A DNA stretch of 53,874 nucleotides. It comes from an uncultured Candidatus Saccharibacteria bacterium (GTDB lineage Bacteria > Patescibacteriota > Minisyncoccia > Phycocordibacterales > UBA918). The notes under the pieces were generated by a model. The model was not told where the DNA came from and searched no databases. It saw only the letters and a program-made list of their open reading frames with translations. The stretch spans positions 23,470-77,343 of the forward strand of contig CAYGKU010000001.1 in assembly GCA_964350745.1 (NCBI GenBank), in the 5' to 3' direction. A program made the position numbers and the translations under genes. Shown here piece by piece: positions 51,070 through 53,874 of the stretch (positions are counted from its first letter, which is position 1; every line of letters begins with the position of its first letter).

Positions 51070-51622
51070 AGAGTCTGTTACTGTCAATGATATTGTGCCG
51101 GTGACTTTGACCGAAGAAGAGAGACTTGATGTCGTTAAAAAACAAATAAATGAGACTTCTAACTTGAATAAAAGTATCACACTGACACTTTTGAATGAAG
51201 CTGTTCCAAGCGACTTGTTTGAGAAGGTTGAGTTGGCCAATAACAAAAGCGGATCTTTATTGGTAGAGGTGTCCGGCCTGATCGACAGTGAGGCTTATGA
51301 CTTAGCCAAGGTGGAGGAGTTGGTGGTCGAGGCTTATGATCTGGCCAAAGATGCTTCGAAAATACTGGATGCAAATGGTATTAGAACGATTGAAAGTGAC
51401 GCTGGGCAAGTGGATGGGTCTGCTACCGGAACAGTCTCAGTTGACGGTACTGTATCTGGTACTACCACTATCGAAGGTGTGGCTACCACCACCAGGTCCA
51501 CTACAACCGATACTTTACCGGACGTGGCCGGCGCTAGCACCTCAACCGCTACTGCTACTGAAGAAACGACCGGCACTAGTTCTGAGGAAGTGACCGCAGG
51601 TGGGCTGGAAGAAGGAGTTTAG
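51050..51622 (+). CDS. Hypothetical T/S-rich protein overlapping the previous ORF by 20 nt
   Basis: The ATG at 51050 gives about 190 aa. It could be a separate gene or the frameshifted continuation of the anti-sigma-like ORF. Confidence 0.4.
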   Translation: MTNIDVRESVTVNDIVPVTLTEEERLDVVKKQINETSNLNKSITLTLLNEAVPSDLFEKVELANNKSGSLLVEVSGLIDSEAYDLAKVEELVVEAYDLAKDASKILDANGIRTIESDAGQVDGSATGTVSVDGTVSGTTTIEGVATTTRSTTTDTLPDVAGASTSTATATEETTGTSSEEVTAGGLEEGV

Positions 51623-51704
51623 ATCTGTCTTGAAATTTTGGTGCTCCGGGAGATTTTAAACAGCTTCTAAACTTCGTTGTGCCCTGCAATGAGGTTTTTA
51701 TTTA

Positions 51705-51733
51705 TTGACAGCATAAGCAGAAAAAACTATACT
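51705..51733 (+). promoter_or_regulatory. Near-consensus promoter driving a leaderless small ORF
   Basis: TTGACA, 17 nt, TATACT. The ATG begins 7 nt after the -10 box. Confidence 0.55.
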
Positions 51734-51739
51734 TTAAAT

Positions 51740-51853
51740 ATGAAAGCAAAGGCAACGACCATTTCATACAGCTTGGTAGCAGAGATAATTATTTCAATTA
51801 TCAGCATTATCATTGGCTTTATGAGCTGGTCGTTTTTGTTTTTGTTGAAATAG
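51740..51853 (+). CDS. 37-aa hydrophobic peptide (copy 1)
   Basis: MKAKATTISYSLVAEIIISIISIIIGFMSWSFLFLLK. No RBS and probably leaderless. Followed by the strong terminator at 51872-51915. Confidence 0.45.
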   Translation: MKAKATTISYSLVAEIIISIISIIIGFMSWSFLFLLK

Positions 51854-51871
51854 GATAGGAGAGAAGAGGTG

Positions 51872-51915
51872 AAAAAACAAAGGTCCGACCAGTACTGGTC
51901 GGACCTTTGTTTTTA
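51872..51915 (+). terminator. Intrinsic terminator
   Basis: ACAAAGGTCCGACCAGT/ACTGGTCGGACCTTTGT followed by TTTTT. Confidence 0.75.
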
Positions 51916-51959
51916 TATCGAAGTAGTAGTTCTTTAAATGTGTTCTTTAAGGAGGAGTT

Positions 51960-52118
51960 ATGAGCAGGCAAGATGATGGTGGAGGTTATGAAGTGGCAAA
52001 AGAATCACGTTGTAATAATTTTGCCTATGATCCTGAAGCTGGATTAAAAAGGGCAAAAACCATAAGTGATTGTGTAAAAAAGATAAACAAAATGAAACAA
52101 GATCAAAAAAATGAATGA
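51960..52118 (+). CDS. 52-aa hydrophilic small protein
   Basis: AAGGAGG lies 6 nt upstream. MSRQDDGGGYEVAKESRCNNFAYDPEAGLKRAKTISDCVKKINKMKQDQKNE. Terminator-like hairpin follows. Confidence 0.45.
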   Translation: MSRQDDGGGYEVAKESRCNNFAYDPEAGLKRAKTISDCVKKINKMKQDQKNE

Positions 52119-52184
52119 TCTGTTCATTCAGACCGTCGGCAAGTTAGTCGGCGGTTTTCTTATGTTCTAATTGGGGAAAAAGTA

Positions 52185-52212
52185 TTGACACCAGATCTTA
52201 CGGGTATATACT
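52185..52212 (+). promoter_or_regulatory. Second near-consensus promoter driving a leaderless small ORF
   Basis: TTGACA, 16 nt, TATACT. The ATG begins 7 nt after the -10 box, the same geometry as at 51705. Confidence 0.55.
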
Positions 52213-52218
52213 GAAAAT

Positions 52219-52332
52219 ATGCATAGTATTGCAACAACCGTTTCCATGAAGGCTTGGAAGTCATACACGCGAGCGATTATCGTGGCGCTCGTCTTTGTGT
52301 TTGGCTACATGTGTGGGTCGGTTAATGTGTAG
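52219..52332 (+). CDS. 37-aa hydrophobic peptide (copy 2)
   Basis: MHSIATTVSMKAWKSYTRAIIVALVFVFGYMCGSVNV. Same length and the same ATT(I/V)S N-terminal motif as copy 1. Confidence 0.45.
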   Translation: MHSIATTVSMKAWKSYTRAIIVALVFVFGYMCGSVNV

Positions 52333-52347
52333 CAATAAAATATAGAA

Positions 52348-52393
52348 CCTCTAAAATAAAACCGGCCAGAAAAGGCCGGTTTTATTTTAGAGG
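52348..52393 (+). terminator. Intrinsic terminator (20-bp arms)
   Basis: CCTCTAAAATAAAACCGGCC-agaaaa-GGCCGGTTTTATTTTAGAGG. Confidence 0.7.
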
Positions 52394-52410
52394 GAATAGG
52401 GTTGTATGTT

Positions 52411-52447
52411 GATGGGAAATTTTGGTCAAAGACCAAAATTTCCCATC
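52411..52447. repeat. 17-bp perfect hairpin
   Basis: GATGGGAAATTTTGGTC-AAA-GACCAAAATTTCCCATC. Confidence 0.6.
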
Positions 52448-52533
52448 AGCCCGCAATTGAAGCGGACTGAAATTTGCTCGTGAAAGCGAGAGGAAAAGTT
52501 CTTTAATAACAATTTTTAGAAAGGGGAAGTAAG

Positions 52534-52734
52534 ATGTCAAAAGAAAACTCTGGTTCAACTGTGGGTGGTGTCAACAATGATCGTGTGATTTTCAAGAGAG
52601 TTGGGAGGTTAAATCATATCGGCGAAGATGTTACTAATTATGACTGTAATGGTGACAGAATACATAGTCACGACAACAAAGGTCATATGGCTCCTAATAT
52701 GCTAGCTAATCCTGGCATAAAAAAATTACCATAA
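52534..52734 (+). CDS. 66-aa hydrophilic small protein
   Basis: AAAGGGGAAG upstream of the ATG. Terminator-like hairpin (AAAGGCTTCAA/TTGAAGCCTTTT) follows. Confidence 0.4.
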   Translation: MSKENSGSTVGGVNNDRVIFKRVGRLNHIGEDVTNYDCNGDRIHSHDNKGHMAPNMLANPGIKKLP

Positions 52735-52846
52735 AATGTTACTCCACTTTTTCATAAAAGGCTTCAATTTGAAGCCTTTTTTATTTGAGTTTATCTCTAC
52801 GAGATGCTACCGTAATAAAAATTATTAACGTTATTATTTTATAAAC

Positions 52847-53874
52847 ATGGAAGAAACAACAACTTTTAAAACCGATCTTATTCCGGCCATTACTGTTGAT
52901 CTACCATACTTTGGGACAGTAGATCTAAGCGAAATGATCTTAGCTTTTGGTATTTTTTTAGTATTAAATGTAATTTTTTGGATTCTACGTAATGTTGTGC
53001 TTATTTATCTTAAAAAAGTATCAAGTAAGACCATTATCGAAATAGACGATGTGCTGGTGGATGTGGTGGCTGGAATCAGAGTATGGGTATACACCATTAT
53101 CTCGATATTTTTGGCGCTACAGGCTGTAACTGTACCTGATTGGCTTGATAAGACCGCCAAAGCCATCTTCTTGTTTGCGGTGGTGTGGCAGCTCATTGAA
53201 GCGGCTCTCAAATTTGTGAGCTATTTCTCCCGACGTTTTCTGGAGCGGGACAGTGATGGTGACGGTCAGATCGACCCCAGTTCTACCACCGCCTCACACA
53301 TGGTGGATCTAATAGCTAGGATCGCATTGTGGGTCCTTGGTATTCTCTTTATCCTTTCCAATTTGGGAATTGAGGTCACTTCACTACTAGCCGGCCTTGG
53401 TATTGGTGGTCTGGCGGTAGCTTTGGCCTTGCAGGGTATTTTGTCCGATCTGTTTGCTTCTTTCTCGATATATCTCGATAAGCCTTTTAGGGTTGGCGAT
53501 TTTATTGTGGTCGGTAATGATGCCGGTACAGTGGAGAAGGTGGGAGTTAAATCTACTCGTATCCGTACTTTGCAAGGGCAGGAATTGGTGGTATCAAATG
53601 TGGAGCTGACGGGTGCTCGGGTAGAAAATTATAAAAAAATGGAGGAGCGTCGAGTCGTTACCAATATCGGAGTGACCTACGATACTCCGCTTGATAAGAT
53701 GCGCCAAGTAGAGGAGGTAATTACAGATATTTTTAAAAAACTCAACGGTGGCCGTCTGGATAGGGTTCATTTCACTACCTTGGGAGACTTCTCATTGATC
53801 TTTGAGATCGTTTATTACGTAGAATCGGCAGATTATACCGATTATCTGAATATTCAGCAGCAATTCAACTTTAC
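52847..53874 (+). CDS. MscS-family mechanosensitive channel (3' end beyond the window)
   Basis: Open frame from the ATG at 52847 to the window end. It is absent from the ORF track because no stop is reached. TM helices, then LLAGLGIGGLAVALALQGILSDLFASFSIYLDKPFRVGDFI, the conserved MscS pore/beta-domain signature. Confidence 0.8.
   Translation, partial: MEETTTFKTDLIPAITVDLPYFGTVDLSEMILAFGIFLVLNVIFWILRNVVLIYLKKVSSKTIIEIDDVLVDVVAGIRVWVYTIISIFLALQAVTVPDWLDKTAKAIFLFAVVWQLIEAALKFVSYFSRRFLERDSDGDGQIDPSSTTASHMVDLIARIALWVLGILFILSNLGIEVTSLLAGLGIGGLAVALALQGILSDLFASFSIYLDKPFRVGDFIVVGNDAGTVEKVGVKSTRIRTLQGQELVVSNVELTGARVENYKKMEERRVVTNIGVTYDTPLDKMRQVEEVITDIFKKLNGGRLDRVHFTTLGDFSLIFEIVYYVESADYTDYLNIQQQFNF

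Overview
This 53.9-kb bacterial window is compact and mostly coding, and it reads cleanly with the standard genetic code. Several traits suggest a small-genome, possibly Patescibacteria/CPR-like organism, but this is inference only: a membrane-anchored Clp-like ATPase, a coiled-coil peptidoglycan-binding protein, cohesin/dockerin proteins, a giant P/T-rich protein, tRNA genes without encoded CCA, and salvage-type NAD genes.

Positions 1-29 kb are mainly housekeeping and envelope genes. They include a two-component system, YifB/ComM, pnp, rpsO, a Xer recombinase, tandem M14 peptidase-like genes, the Clp-like ATPase, a cold-shock protein, xth and cca.

Three tRNA genes divide the rest of the window into two accessory-looking blocks: Arg-UCG at 29.07 kb, Gly-GCC at 43.01 kb and Pro-UGG at 47.6 kb.

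Block 1 (29-43 kb) holds the most interesting candidate system. A plus-strand operon encodes a PncA-like nicotinamidase, a vWA protein, a PP2C-like phosphatase, an atypical Ser/Thr kinase (together a TerY-P-type triad) and an ADP-ribosylglycohydrolase. It converges on nadE, pncB, nadM-Nudix and the ADP-ribose-responsive regulator nrtR. A 13-mer shared between the two promoter regions is a candidate operator.

Block 2 (43-47.6 kb) carries a cohesin-dockerin protein, yraN, and an IS1595-type transposase with a Bro-N passenger gene. It also has a dense array of GTTTCACGTGAAAC-like palindromes.

All three tRNAs are followed by long perfect hairpins, and two of these include the tRNA 3' end. Partial copies of the tRNA 3' end lie downstream of each. 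The roughly 450-nt non-coding tracts after tRNA-Arg and tRNA-Gly contain hairpins with unrelated stems but conserved loops (GARGTRACGAA).

The right end encodes corA, a hydrolase, an ECF sigma/anti-sigma pair, a duplicated module of leaderless 37-aa hydrophobic peptides plus small soluble proteins, and a partial MscS-type channel gene.

All functional calls come from motif recognition by eye. No database search was run.
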